A stretch of DNA of 64,000 nt from Patescibacteria group bacterium (GTDB lineage Bacteria > Patescibacteriota > Patescibacteriia > UBA2591 > UBA4787). Positions 19,639 through 29,049 of the stretch are shown piece by piece. Both the position numbers and the translations under genes were made by a program. Location: the NCBI GenBank assembly GCA_028715115.1, contig JAQUSN010000002.1:132944-196943 (forward strand), in the 5' to 3' direction. A model generated the notes under the pieces. It worked only from the letters and a program-made list of their open reading frames with translations, had not been told where the DNA came from and searched no databases. Position 1 is the first letter of the stretch. The number at the start of each line of letters is the position of its first letter.

Positions 19639-20292
19639 ATGATTAAGGGAATTATTTTTGACTTTGACATGACGCTGGTTGATACGCTCGAAATCGGCCA
19701 TAAAATTTTTTGCGAGATGGAAAGAAAATACGGATTAAACGTATTTTCATTGTCTGAGAGAAAAGTTTGGGGAGAATCAAGAAAAAATTTTCTTTCGGCC
19801 GTCTGGCGCGCCAATAAGCATAAAATTCCATTAGAGAAAATAAATAAGATTCATTTGGCAGTGATGGATAAATTTTATAAAAATTGTCGTCTCAAAGATA
19901 TCGAAGTTCTAAAATTTTTTCAAAATCATAAAATAAAACTTGGTATTATTTCTAACAATTCAAACAGAATCGTCAAAAAGGTTTTGCGCATGCCGGTTAA
20001 TCGAGTGATAAAATTTGACGCTGTATTGTCGGCCGAAAAAAGTACCGACAATGTTTCCAAGGTTTCACTGATTAAGAAATGTTTGCGCAGATTGAATCTC
20101 AAAAAGTCGGAAGCGATTTATGTTGGTGATCATATTATGGATATTATTGCCGCCGAACGCGTTGACGTAATTTCAGCCGGCATTCCAACGGGATTATATA
20201 GTAAAAAAGAATTAAAAAAACATCACCCTGATTTGTTGATTAATAATTTCAGAGATCTTAAAAAGTATATTTTAGTGAATAATATTATTTAG
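19639..20292 (+). CDS. HAD family hydrolase
   Basis: IFDFDMTLVDT motif I; YVGDHIMD motif IV. Confidence 0.9.
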   Translation: MIKGIIFDFDMTLVDTLEIGHKIFCEMERKYGLNVFSLSERKVWGESRKNFLSAVWRANKHKIPLEKINKIHLAVMDKFYKNCRLKDIEVLKFFQNHKIKLGIISNNSNRIVKKVLRMPVNRVIKFDAVLSAEKSTDNVSKVSLIKKCLRRLNLKKSEAIYVGDHIMDIIAAERVDVISAGIPTGLYSKKELKKHHPDLLINNFRDLKKYILVNNII

Positions 20293-20315
20293 TTTTATTA
20301 ACTCCCTAAAATAAA

Positions 20316-22034
20316 ATGACCGTACAAGAAATAAAAAATCATCTTTTACAAATCCTAAAAAACAATTTACCAGAATTGTCGGGTAATGTTAATTTAGAAT
20401 TAGAAATTCCGCCGCAATCGGAAATGGGGCATCTGGCCATTGGTTGTTTTGAAATAGGCAGAATGACCAAGCATACACCCGGGAAAATTGCCACCGAATT
20501 GGCAAAAAAAATTCAAAGCGACGAAGTTATAGATAAGGTTAAACATACTGGACCTTATCTTAATTTTTTTCTAAAAAAAGACGTTTGGTTTAAATCAGTT
20601 TGCGATGAGATTTTAGCGACTGACAGCGTTTTTGGCCAGGCCGAAGACGGCAAAGGCAAAAGAATAATGATAGAATATTCTGGTCCCAACACCAACAAAC
20701 CACAGCACATTGGCCATTTGAGAAATGATTTTTTAGGTATGTCTGTGGCCAACCTATTTGCCGAATTAAATTTTGAGGTTATTAGAGTTAATTTAGTTAA
20801 TGATAGGGGTATCCATATTTGTAAATCAATGCTCGCTTATAAAAAATGGGGAGAAGATAAAACTCCGGAAAGCGAAAAAATAAAAGGAGATCATTTTGTT
20901 GGAAATTATTATGTGATGTTCACACAAAAGGCCAAAGAAGATCAGACTTTACTGGATGAAGCGCAAGAAATGCTCGTGAAATGGGAGTCGGGTGATAATG
21001 AAGTTATGGCCTTATGGCAAAAAATGAACAAGTGGGCGGTTGATGGCCTAAAAGAGACATATAAAAAGATTAACGTTGAATTCGATAAATATTATTACGA
21101 AAGCGAAACCTACAAACTCGGCAAAGACATAGTTTTAAAAGCATTAAAGGAAGGTTTGATTTATAAACGTGAAGATGGTGCAATTGAAATAGATTTAACG
21201 CCATATAATTTGGATAAAAAAGTTTTAATGCGAGCTGATGGCACTAGCGTTTATGTAACTCAAGATCTAGCCTTGGCAAAGTTAAGACAAGACGAATTTA
21301 GCCCCGATAGAGCTATTTATGTTGTTGGTTCAGAACAAGAGTATTATTTTAAGACCCTATTTACAATTTTAGCAATTTTTGGTTATGAATGGGCAAAAAA
21401 TTTATATCACTTATCGTATGGGATGGTATCTTTGCCTGATGGAAGATTGAAATCCAGAGAGGGTAGCGTTGCGGATGCCGATGATTTAATTGCTGAATTA
21501 GAAAATTTAGCCAAGGGTGAAGTCTTAGGCAGAAACAAAGAAATTACGCTGATAGAGGTTTCCGAACGGGCGGAAAAAATTGCTATGGCCGCGATAAAAT
21601 TTTATTTTCTTAAGATTAATCCTAAACAAAACATGGAATTTAATCCTGAAGAGTCAATTTCTTTGGACGGTGCGACCGGACCTTACATACAATATACTTA
21701 TGCTCGTATCCAAAGTATTTTGAAAAAAGCGCAAACTTTGCCGCAAGACGTTGATTACGGATGTTTAGGTGAACCCGGCGAAATCGAACTGGTTAAAATG
21801 TTGTTTATTTTTCCAGATGTGATAAAGCGCAGCGCCTTATCCATGGATCCGTCTTATTTGGCAAATTATTTATTAAAACTTTGCCAATATCTCAACGAAT
21901 TTTATCATCAACATCAGATTTTAGCTGCGGAAGAAAAATTAAAAAACGCTAGATTGAATTTAGTTAGTGCCGTGGCCAAGATAATTAATAAGGGTCTAAA
22001 TATTTTAGGCATCGAAACTTTAGATAGAATGTGA
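20316..22034 (+). CDS. argS: Arginine--tRNA ligase
   Basis: IEYSGPNTNKPQHIGHLRN, GRLKSREG, GPYIQYTYARI. Confidence 0.97.
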   Translation: MTVQEIKNHLLQILKNNLPELSGNVNLELEIPPQSEMGHLAIGCFEIGRMTKHTPGKIATELAKKIQSDEVIDKVKHTGPYLNFFLKKDVWFKSVCDEILATDSVFGQAEDGKGKRIMIEYSGPNTNKPQHIGHLRNDFLGMSVANLFAELNFEVIRVNLVNDRGIHICKSMLAYKKWGEDKTPESEKIKGDHFVGNYYVMFTQKAKEDQTLLDEAQEMLVKWESGDNEVMALWQKMNKWAVDGLKETYKKINVEFDKYYYESETYKLGKDIVLKALKEGLIYKREDGAIEIDLTPYNLDKKVLMRADGTSVYVTQDLALAKLRQDEFSPDRAIYVVGSEQEYYFKTLFTILAIFGYEWAKNLYHLSYGMVSLPDGRLKSREGSVADADDLIAELENLAKGEVLGRNKEITLIEVSERAEKIAMAAIKFYFLKINPKQNMEFNPEESISLDGATGPYIQYTYARIQSILKKAQTLPQDVDYGCLGEPGEIELVKMLFIFPDVIKRSALSMDPSYLANYLLKLCQYLNEFYHQHQILAAEEKLKNARLNLVSAVAKIINKGLNILGIETLDRM

Positions 22035-22081
22035 ATGAGACTTGGTTTGCAATTTGTGATTGCAAGCCTTAGTCGGAATTC

Positions 22082-22099
22082 ATCCGCCTACTGGCGGAT
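22082..22099. repeat. Mini-palindrome, copy 2
   Basis: atccgcc-tact-ggcggat. Confidence 0.6.
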
Positions 22100-22187
22100 A
22101 ACAATTTAATTAGTTATAGATGAATTTTAGTCCGTATATCGGGCCGATGAGTATAATCATTTAAATCGTTTAATATAATTTAAAAGT

Positions 22188-22892
22188 ATGGCAAACAAAA
22201 AGACCAAGAAGAACAAGACTATTATTTTTTCCATGGGCGGATCTATTGTCGTCCCGGATGAAATCGACGTTAAGTTCTTGAAAGTAATCAAAGGCTTTAT
22301 TTTAAATCTTTTAAGTCGCGGTTATCGATTGGTTATTATTATCGGCGGGGGAGAGTTGAGCAAAAAATACAATCAAGCGGCCAAAGCTTTATCGACCGTG
22401 ACCAATACTGATTTGGATTGGATGGGCATTGCTTGTACTAGAGTTAATGCTGAACTCGTGCGCGTAATTTTATCCAAGTATGCTTATCCAGAAGTTATCG
22501 CTGACCAAAATAAAATTAAAAATATCGGCAAATATAAATTAGTTTTGGCTTGCGGTTTAAAACCAGGCCAATCAACTGATGGCCAGGCCGTGGGTTGGGC
22601 GAAGAAATTGGGCGCTAAGGAAATTATTAACCTAACTAATCTTGACCGTGCTTATACCGCCGACCCAAAAAAAGATAAGAATGCCAAACCGCTGGATAAT
22701 GTCAGTTGGGCGCAATATAGAAAAATAGTCGGCGATAAATGGATTCCGCGTTTATCAACTCCATTTGATCCGACTGCTTCGAAATTAGCGCAAAAATATG
22801 GCATGCGCGTAGCGGTTTTGAACGGCCGAAAACTACAGAACCTGAAAAATTATTTGGCCGGCAAAAAATTTATCGGTACGCTTATTGAATAA
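22188..22892 (+). CDS. pyrH: UMP kinase (archaeal-type short form)
   Basis: SMGGS, IGGG, DWMGIACTRVNA, PGQSTD, ADPKKD, PFDP. Confidence 0.9.
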   Translation: MANKKTKKNKTIIFSMGGSIVVPDEIDVKFLKVIKGFILNLLSRGYRLVIIIGGGELSKKYNQAAKALSTVTNTDLDWMGIACTRVNAELVRVILSKYAYPEVIADQNKIKNIGKYKLVLACGLKPGQSTDGQAVGWAKKLGAKEIINLTNLDRAYTADPKKDKNAKPLDNVSWAQYRKIVGDKWIPRLSTPFDPTASKLAQKYGMRVAVLNGRKLQNLKNYLAGKKFIGTLIE

Positions 22893-22915
22893 AAATATAT
22901 ATAAAATATATTTTC

Positions 22916-22945
22916 AAAAAATGAGTCAGTGATGGCTCATTTTTT
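22916..22945 (+). terminator. Intrinsic terminator after pyrH
   Basis: aaaaaatgag...ctcatttttt inverted repeat. Confidence 0.7.
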
Positions 22946-22958
22946 GATTATAAAGGGG

Positions 22959-22987
22959 TTGACAAAATCATAAAAATGCGTTAATAT
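22959..22987 (+). promoter_or_regulatory. Sigma70 promoter of GC-rich orphan unit
   Basis: TTGACA-17 nt-TAATAT. Confidence 0.7.
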
Positions 22988-23049
22988 AATAAAAGTGGCG
23001 GCATAAGTCGCTGCAAATTCCGATTATTTAGATAACGAAAGGAGTCCTC

Positions 23050-23427
23050 GTGGACGAAGCCCTGATCGGATTGATTATCCCCAAGTCTCCTTGGGCTATG
23101 GCCAAGGAGGCGAATACGCTGGGTGCGCTGATAACCATACTGCGCACTTACTACTTCTTCATGGTGGGCGTGCGCGACTGGAGACAGGTCGCAAACAACA
23201 TCAACGAGACATCGGTGCAGATTGTGGAAGAAACATCCAGCTGCGTAAGAGCAGAGGTTGATTTCACGGTTATGACCGATGCAGGTCTCTTCATCGGCGC
23301 GATGGCCGTGCACGTCAAGGCGCTCAATGCAACTTTGGCCGACAGCAGAATGACACAGCTGTCGACCTGGCTACAAAGAGCGATCGGCAACAGTACGTTC
23401 GTTCAGGTGATCCTGAGGACGAGATAG
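23050..23427 (+). CDS. GC-rich orphan protein
   Basis: AAGGAG then GTG; own promoter and terminator. Confidence 0.7.
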   Translation: MDEALIGLIIPKSPWAMAKEANTLGALITILRTYYFFMVGVRDWRQVANNINETSVQIVEETSSCVRAEVDFTVMTDAGLFIGAMAVHVKALNATLADSRMTQLSTWLQRAIGNSTFVQVILRTR

Positions 23428-23446
23428 ACGGAGGTTTGACCATTCG

Positions 23447-23478
23447 GAGCCGTCGGCTTAGGCCGGCGGCTCTTTTCT
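23447..23478 (+). terminator. Intrinsic terminator
   Basis: gagccgtcggc-ttag-gccggcggctc then ttttct. Confidence 0.75.
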
Positions 23479-23496
23479 AATTATGCACAATTTCAA

Positions 23497-23525
23497 TTGA
23501 CGCAAATAAATAAGCAGAATATAAT
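23497..23525 (+). promoter_or_regulatory. Sigma70 promoter
   Basis: TTGACG-17 nt-TATAAT. Confidence 0.75.
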
Positions 23526-23530
23526 AAAAG

Positions 23531-23717
23531 AGATGGGGACTGGCACCACGCCTCAACTGCTGGGCCTTTAATGCCTCATCGAACGCATAAACTGGAGGTT
23601 ATCTATGCTGAGACGGCTTCTGAAGGACGAGAGCGGATAGTCGAGACGACGAAGAAGCGGAGCTCGCATAACGCGAGCTCGCACTCCCGGGGCGCACTGC
23701 GCTCTGGGAGTTTTTTT
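23531..23717 (+). ncRNA. Candidate small RNA or micropeptide mRNA (MLRRLLKDESG at 23605-23640)
   Basis: Bounded by promoter and terminator; hairpins at 23660-23680 and 23683-23711 plus T7; GGAGG-6 nt-ATG. Confidence 0.45.
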
Positions 23718-23771
23718 ATGGAGTGGATAACTTTAATTTACAAATTTTATTTATAAAATATAATAAAAAAA

Positions 23772-23985
23772 GACAAAGACAGAATCATTGTGTAAGTACA
23801 CCGGGTCTACGGATCCGGTGGGCATACCCAGGGAGGTATGAGATTGGTTTGGTAAGCTGAATGCCCGGCTAGCCCTTGTTCCGAATTCTTAGGAGCCCGG
23901 AGCCGAGGTACGCCAGGGAGAGCAGCGCCAGCCCCGGGGATGCAGATTGAGCTTCAGCTCTCTGCTCCCCGGGTATTATTTTTTT
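23772..23985 (+). ncRNA. Candidate structured ncRNA, family unknown
   Basis: TTTACA-16-TATAAT upstream; cUACGg hairpin 23799-23820, further stems, long terminal hairpin plus T tract; no ORF of useful length. Confidence 0.5.
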
Positions 23986-24008
23986 ATCTGGTCTGGGGAT
24001 AACTCTCG

Positions 24009-24036
24009 TTGACACTTAATTATTTTTGATTATACT
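24009..24036 (+). promoter_or_regulatory. Sigma70 promoter of rplJL
   Basis: TTGACA-16 nt-TATACT. Confidence 0.7.
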
Positions 24037-24045
24037 AATTATATC

Positions 24046-24115
24046 TTAACCGTAGACAGTGTGGCCTTCGACGAATCGTCGGAGTTAATACACCAGCCCA
24101 CCGAGGTCAAAAGAC
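24046..24115 (+). promoter_or_regulatory. Ribosomal protein L10 leader (autoregulatory RNA)
   Basis: CCGTAGACAGTG...TTAAT...CCCACCGAGG matches the L10-leader pattern, upstream of rplJ. Confidence 0.75.
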
Positions 24116-24204
24116 ATTTTATTGTCTGCGGTTATCCGCAGATTATTTATTATTACGAATTACATATTTTTAGATTTAATTTTTGGTTTTTAATTTTACT
24201 TTAT

Positions 24205-24732
24205 ATGGCTCTTACCCGAACAAAAAAAGAAAGCCTATTTACGAACATTAAGGACTTAGTCGCCAAGATGAAAAGTTTAGTTTTGATTGATTATTATGGC
24301 TTGAAGGTAAAAGAAGTAAATCAATTGCGGCAGGAACTTAGAAAAAATAATTGCCAATACGTCGTGGCTAAAAAAACTTTATTGAAAAAAGCTTTTAAAG
24401 AACAGGGACTCGAAGATGATTCAGTTGATAAGCTTCAGGGTGGCATTGGTATGGCCCTGGGATTAGAAGACGAGGTTGCTCCGGCTCGTGTCATTACTGC
24501 TTTTAAAAAAGATCATGACAAAATGAATATTCACGGCGGCATTTTTAATAAAGCTTTTATTACCCTAGAACAAGTTAAACAAATTTCCATTTTGCCGTCT
24601 AAAGAGCAATTATTGGCCCAAGTGGTTTATACCATCAAGGCGCCGCTTCAAAACATGGTTGGCGCAATGCATGGCAATTTAAGAAAATTGGTTTATGCTT
24701 TGCAGGCCGTGACTGATAAAAAGAAAAATTAA
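24205..24732 (+). CDS. rplJ: 50S ribosomal protein L10
   Basis: Start MALTRTKK at 24205; LRQELRK, VAKKTLL, LPSKEQLLAQ. Confidence 0.95.
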   Translation: MALTRTKKESLFTNIKDLVAKMKSLVLIDYYGLKVKEVNQLRQELRKNNCQYVVAKKTLLKKAFKEQGLEDDSVDKLQGGIGMALGLEDEVAPARVITAFKKDHDKMNIHGGIFNKAFITLEQVKQISILPSKEQLLAQVVYTIKAPLQNMVGAMHGNLRKLVYALQAVTDKKKN

Positions 24733-24792
24733 TAAATAATATTAAGGCGAATTGAAGCAATTAAGCAATCATTCGCAAAAAGAGATAATTAT

Positions 24793-25167
24793 ATGGATAA
24801 ATTCAAGGATTTAATGGAACAAATTGAGAAGATGACCGTTTTGGAATTGTCTGAGTTCGTCAAAGCTTTAGAAGAAAAGTTTGGCGTGACTGCTCAGGCC
24901 CCGATGATGATGGCTGCTGCCGGTCCGGCTGCTGCCGCTGCTCCGGCTGAAGAAAAGACCAGCTTCAATATTGAGTTGACTGAATCCGGCGCGAATAAAA
25001 TCGGCGTGATTAAAGTCATCCGCGAAGTCACTGCTTTAGGCTTGAAAGAAGCCAAAGATTTAGTTGACGGCGCTCCCAAAATGGTGAAAGAAGGAGCTGA
25101 CAAGACTGAAGCCGAAGAAATGAAGAAAAAGTTAGAAGCCGCTGGCGCGAAAGTCACCCTGAAGTAA
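24793..25167 (+). CDS. rplL: 50S ribosomal protein L7/L12
   Basis: [25 protein letters not shown]. Confidence 0.97.
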   Translation: MDKFKDLMEQIEKMTVLELSEFVKALEEKFGVTAQAPMMMAAAGPAAAAAPAEEKTSFNIELTESGANKIGVIKVIREVTALGLKEAKDLVDGAPKMVKEGADKTEAEEMKKKLEAAGAKVTLK

Positions 25168-25370
25168 AGACCTCAGCCCTTTGTTGCTAGCGCTCGCTCG
25201 GAAAAGAAAAAATAAATTTTTTCTTTCTCTCTCGCTTGCTTAGCAATAGCACTGATCAGCAATCATTAGAGAATCCACCAAACTCGTGGAGTGGGCATAG
25301 TTCCCACAAATGGCCCGAGTTGGTGGATTTCTTATTATAGCTCTTTGTATCTGATACATTAGAGCTATAA

Positions 25371-25607
25371 TAACCCTAAGCGAGCTTGCGAGCGCAGGGT
25401 AACCTTTAAACACTCTCAACTTTAGTTGGGAGCATGACTTGTGATTAGAAACAAAAAACCCCTGAGGAGGCTATGCGACGTAGGGTAACTTAAAGAAAAT
25501 AAATAACCCTAAGCGAGTCCTCGAGCGCAGGGTTACCATAATACTTTATTGAGTGAGTCTGCGAGCGCAGAGTAACCTTAATGCCTTATTGAGCGAGTCG
25601 CAGGGCA
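25371..25607. repeat. Cluster of degenerate REP-like repeats (ACCCT-AAGCGAG..CGAGCGC-AGGGT)
   Basis: Copies near 25371, 25504, 25542, 25582 and a weaker one near 25458. Confidence 0.7.
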
Positions 25608-25621
25608 GCCATTTGAACATA

Positions 25622-25651
25622 AAAAAACGAGCTCAAGTAAGCTCGTTTTTT
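25622..25651. terminator. Bidirectional terminator
   Basis: aaaaaacgagct-caagta-agctcgtttttt. Confidence 0.75.
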
Positions 25652-25669
25652 ATTTAAATATAGAAGCCC

Positions 25670-27976
25670 TTATTTTAATCCGACCTGATAAACTTTTTTA
25701 TCATTTAAGATCCAGGCCGTATCAGCTTTATCGTTGATGACAAAATCAGTCGTAGCGCCCAGTTCCGGAGCGGAAATTTGTTTAATCAATTCTCCTGTTT
25801 TATCGAAGATAACCAATCTTTGGTTGGTCGGCTCTAAGACGTAAAGATATTTATGGTCAGCATCGGTGAAAATTTTAGTCGGCTTTTGCAAAACCGGCAA
25901 AATATTTTTCAGGTTAAAATTTTGTTTGGCCCCACGATAGAATTTTATCATTTGTCCGTTATCAAGCATTACATATATGGCTCCATCAGCGGCAAAAGAA
26001 ACTCCGTTGTTTATTCCGGCCGCGCTGGTCAGCCAATTTTCTTCTTTGCCAAATCCGCTGGCAGTTTTGGTGTATTTTAAAATCAATGAATCTTTAGCGT
26101 CTAGGATATAAAGTTTGTCAGCATATACCAGAAAATCTTGCATGGTCAAATTTTGATGGCTGGTCTGAAGGTCAATGCTGGTAAAATTATCATTAACGGT
26201 ATTATAAGTTGCCAGACCATTGTTGTTATGAGAAAAGAGTAGGGAGTCTTTATCGAGCGGCGTGATTTCTTTCAAGTATCCCACGTCGACCGAACCTTTG
26301 TGCGCCAGATCAACCTTGTTGGTAGCTAAGTCGATTTTATAAATATAATTATTGGTCGGGTTAAAGAAATAAAGGAAACTGCCCAGCTTGGTTAATCCGC
26401 CGACCGAGATTTGCTTATCAACCTTACTTAAATCAGCCACGAGTTTTAAATTCGAGCTTATTTCCTGGTGTAAAATCGGCGCAGCCTGTTTGTCGATATC
26501 GGCTTTTAACTCGTTATAAGCCGTTCTTTGCGCTTCAGTTTGTTGCGGCAAGGTTTTTAGGAGTATGGTTATTTGGCTATAAATGCTGGTAGCCTTGGCC
26601 TTATCTTTATAAATCAAAGCCGAATACATTTGTTGTTCTAGGTCTTTAATTTGTTGGATGGAAACGTTTGATTTTTTAGCGTTTTGGCGGTTAAATTCCT
26701 GGCGGCAGGCGATAATTAGGCCGGTGGTTAAGAGAATGGCCACAATTAACAAGAGAATAATCAACAGCCGTTGCAAAGGAGAAAACCGCTGCGAACGGGC
26801 AGAAATTTTACCAAAGATTTGTTTTGCTTTATTGGTCGTTGGCGTGGTGTTTGTTTTTTTAATGCTGTTAAATAAATATTTAACGCCGTGATAAATCGTT
26901 GCGCCAATAGTTAAAATAATTCTCCAGATTAATGGTGGCGGTGGCGGTTCGAGTCCGTCCGGTTTGCCGCCAATAGAAAGTTCTTGCAAAATAGCTTCAG
27001 ATTCTTCAGAGCTAACAGGAGTAACTTGGTTTTTTATTTTGGGAGAAACAATAGAACGGCTTTCTTCTTGGTCTTCGACAATAATTTTATCATCTTTTGT
27101 TTCTTCTGGATTTTCTTCGGCTGAAACTTCGGAAGCTTCCTCGTCTTTTTTTTCTTCAATTATTTTTTCAACCGGTTGTTTATTTTTTTTACCGCGTTTT
27201 TGTTTCTTAATTGGTTCGGGGATTGGGGTTGGTTCTGACTCAGGGGTTGATTCTGGTTCTTTAACTTCAGCTGGCGCTTCTTTGACCGGCTCGGATTTTT
27301 CTTCAAGCTCTTCTTTTATTATCGGATTTTTTATGGTGATTAAACCGAGTGAAACTTTCTGGCTGAATTTTTTGAGCGCGGCATTTAATTTTTTTATTGA
27401 AATTTCATTTTTGTCGCGCAGATTTTCTTCAATGGTTTCTTCCGGTAGATAATCGAACAGATTGCTGGTGCCAAAAAACAATTGGTCGTTGTCTTCGAGC
27501 GTGCCGCTGATGATATTGGAAAATTTTCTGCTTTTATTTTCTTGGCCGAGCTCAATTAACTCTCCGTTTTGTCCGAGATAGGCGAGTGGCGAACCAATTT
27601 GGGCAAAGTGCACGTTGGGAGAATCAAAAACAGCGATGATGACGTTAAGAGTTTTATCTTTTAGGTCATAACCGCTGAAAAATTTATTCAAGTCCTGCAA
27701 AAAACTTTCAAATCTTTCGTACACGCCGGTAAAAGGCGCCTCGGAACCGAAATAAGCTTCTTTGATTAGGGTGATTAATCCTTCACTTAAACCCTTGGTC
27801 CAAACCAGGTCTTCGGGCGTGGGCACCAGCTTATATTCAATTTCTAACAAAAAGCTCATTCTTTCTTTCTTGTCCGAGTTGTTAGTATCTCCATAATTAA
27901 AAGCAGACACAAACTTACGCGTTCGGTCTGGATTTGAAAGGGATACTTTTTCGATATTTATCTTGTAGTTATCCAT
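25670..27976 (-). CDS. Large membrane protein: PP2C-like N-terminus, low-complexity linker, TM, C-terminal beta-propeller
   Basis: 768-aa ORF; NHL/propeller-like repeats (LYILD, DGAIYV, LYVLEP..RLVIFDKTG). Confidence 0.7.
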   Translation of the reverse strand: MDNYKINIEKVSLSNPDRTRKFVSAFNYGDTNNSDKKERMSFLLEIEYKLVPTPEDLVWTKGLSEGLITLIKEAYFGSEAPFTGVYERFESFLQDLNKFFSGYDLKDKTLNVIIAVFDSPNVHFAQIGSPLAYLGQNGELIELGQENKSRKFSNIISGTLEDNDQLFFGTSNLFDYLPEETIEENLRDKNEISIKKLNAALKKFSQKVSLGLITIKNPIIKEELEEKSEPVKEAPAEVKEPESTPESEPTPIPEPIKKQKRGKKNKQPVEKIIEEKKDEEASEVSAEENPEETKDDKIIVEDQEESRSIVSPKIKNQVTPVSSEESEAILQELSIGGKPDGLEPPPPPLIWRIILTIGATIYHGVKYLFNSIKKTNTTPTTNKAKQIFGKISARSQRFSPLQRLLIILLLIVAILLTTGLIIACRQEFNRQNAKKSNVSIQQIKDLEQQMYSALIYKDKAKATSIYSQITILLKTLPQQTEAQRTAYNELKADIDKQAAPILHQEISSNLKLVADLSKVDKQISVGGLTKLGSFLYFFNPTNNYIYKIDLATNKVDLAHKGSVDVGYLKEITPLDKDSLLFSHNNNGLATYNTVNDNFTSIDLQTSHQNLTMQDFLVYADKLYILDAKDSLILKYTKTASGFGKEENWLTSAAGINNGVSFAADGAIYVMLDNGQMIKFYRGAKQNFNLKNILPVLQKPTKIFTDADHKYLYVLEPTNQRLVIFDKTGELIKQISAPELGATTDFVINDKADTAWILNDKKVYQVGLK

Positions 27977-28018
27977 AAAATATAGTATAATATATTTTTA
28001 AATCTTGGCAACTTTTTA

Positions 28019-28456
28019 ATGTATTTATTTATCAACAATCTCATTGACGGCGAACTATATCTGGCCTTATTCGACAAACAAGGCGAGATAAAATCGAAAA
28101 TCTTGCATCGCACTACCGATCGCCGGGTAAATATCCTGATATATCTCGATAAATTATTAAAAGACGCGGCCATGCCCCTGGAAAAGATAAAGGGCTTGAT
28201 TGTAGTCAGTGGTCCGGGCTCTTTTTCTGGCATTCGCACGGCCCTAGCCATCACCAACACCTTGGCAATGGGATTAAAAATTCCGGCGGCCGGAGTTTAT
28301 CTTGATCCGAGTAAGTCAAACCAGGGCTTAATCAAACAGGGGTTGAAAAAATTACTAAGTAAGAATAAGAATACGTTGGTTATGCCGCATTATGGCGCGG
28401 AGCCAAACATCACCAAACCCAAATCTGCCATCTGGCGGAAGAAATCTTTAATTTAA
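28019..28456 (+). CDS. tsaB: tRNA t6A biosynthesis protein TsaB (short form)
   Basis: VVSGPGSFSGIRTALAITNTLA. Confidence 0.88.
   Translation: MYLFINNLIDGELYLALFDKQGEIKSKILHRTTDRRVNILIYLDKLLKDAAMPLEKIKGLIVVSGPGSFSGIRTALAITNTLAMGLKIPAAGVYLDPSKSNQGLIKQGLKKLLSKNKNTLVMPHYGAEPNITKPKSAIWRKKSLI
28424..28439. repeat. Mini-palindrome, copy 3 (inside tsaB 3' end)
   Basis: tctgcca-tc-tggcgga. Confidence 0.5.
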
Positions 28457-28470
28457 TTTAAATATATTTT

Positions 28471-29049
28471 ATGGCTAAAGCGCAATTGTTCAACAAGTTA
28501 AAAAAAGAGTACGACCATTATTACGTTTCTCGGCATCGGATTATTGCCGTGGCCAACGAAGCTCTAGCTAGTTCCAAGCAGGCGATTTTTGCCATGCATC
28601 GCGATGACATCAAAGACGCGGAAAAACTCCTGGCTTTAGCCGAAAAAAAATTAAAAAGCCTGAAAAAATATTTCGTGCAAAACTTTTTCCTCGAGGATGA
28701 AGGTGCCTATCGGGCGGCTATTGAAGAATACGTTGAAGCAAAATTGTTCTGGCAGGTTTTAACGACTGGCAAAATAGATTTTATCAAGACCGTTAATTTA
28801 TATTTTTCCGGTTATCTGGGCGGCTTATGCGATTTGACCGGCGAACTCTTGCGAAAAATGATTTTACTCGCCACGGCCGGTAAATTCAAAGAAGCTGGTA
28901 AATTAAAAGATCTGATGGCTGACATTGTCGCTGAATTGATTAAATTCAATTTGACCGGATATTTGCGCAACAAATACGACGGCGCTAAAAATAATTTACG
29001 CAAAGCCGAAGAAATTTTGTACGAAATTAAGATGAAGTCTCGTCAATAA
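28471..29049 (+). CDS. Translin/Trax family protein
   Basis: SKQAIFAMHR, EEYVEA, YLGGLCDLTGELLR. Confidence 0.8.
   Translation: MAKAQLFNKLKKEYDHYYVSRHRIIAVANEALASSKQAIFAMHRDDIKDAEKLLALAEKKLKSLKKYFVQNFFLEDEGAYRAAIEEYVEAKLFWQVLTTGKIDFIKTVNLYFSGYLGGLCDLTGELLRKMILLATAGKFKEAGKLKDLMADIVAELIKFNLTGYLRNKYDGAKNNLRKAEEILYEIKMKSRQ

Noticed and set aside
23529-23580. Fluoride riboswitch or tmRNA 5' end
   Set aside because: Only GATGG and AACTGC fragments match; no pseudoknot partner, tRNA-like ends or suitable downstream gene
23910-23930. SRP RNA (GCCAGG...AGCAGC)
   Set aside because: The GGAA tetraloop hairpin between the two motifs is missing
24061-24204. N-terminal extension of L10 in the ORF track
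   Set aside because: It is the L10 leader RNA; ATG at 24205 gives a normal L10
25371-25607. CRISPR array
   Set aside because: Repeats are degenerate and irregularly spaced, with no uniform spacers or cas genes
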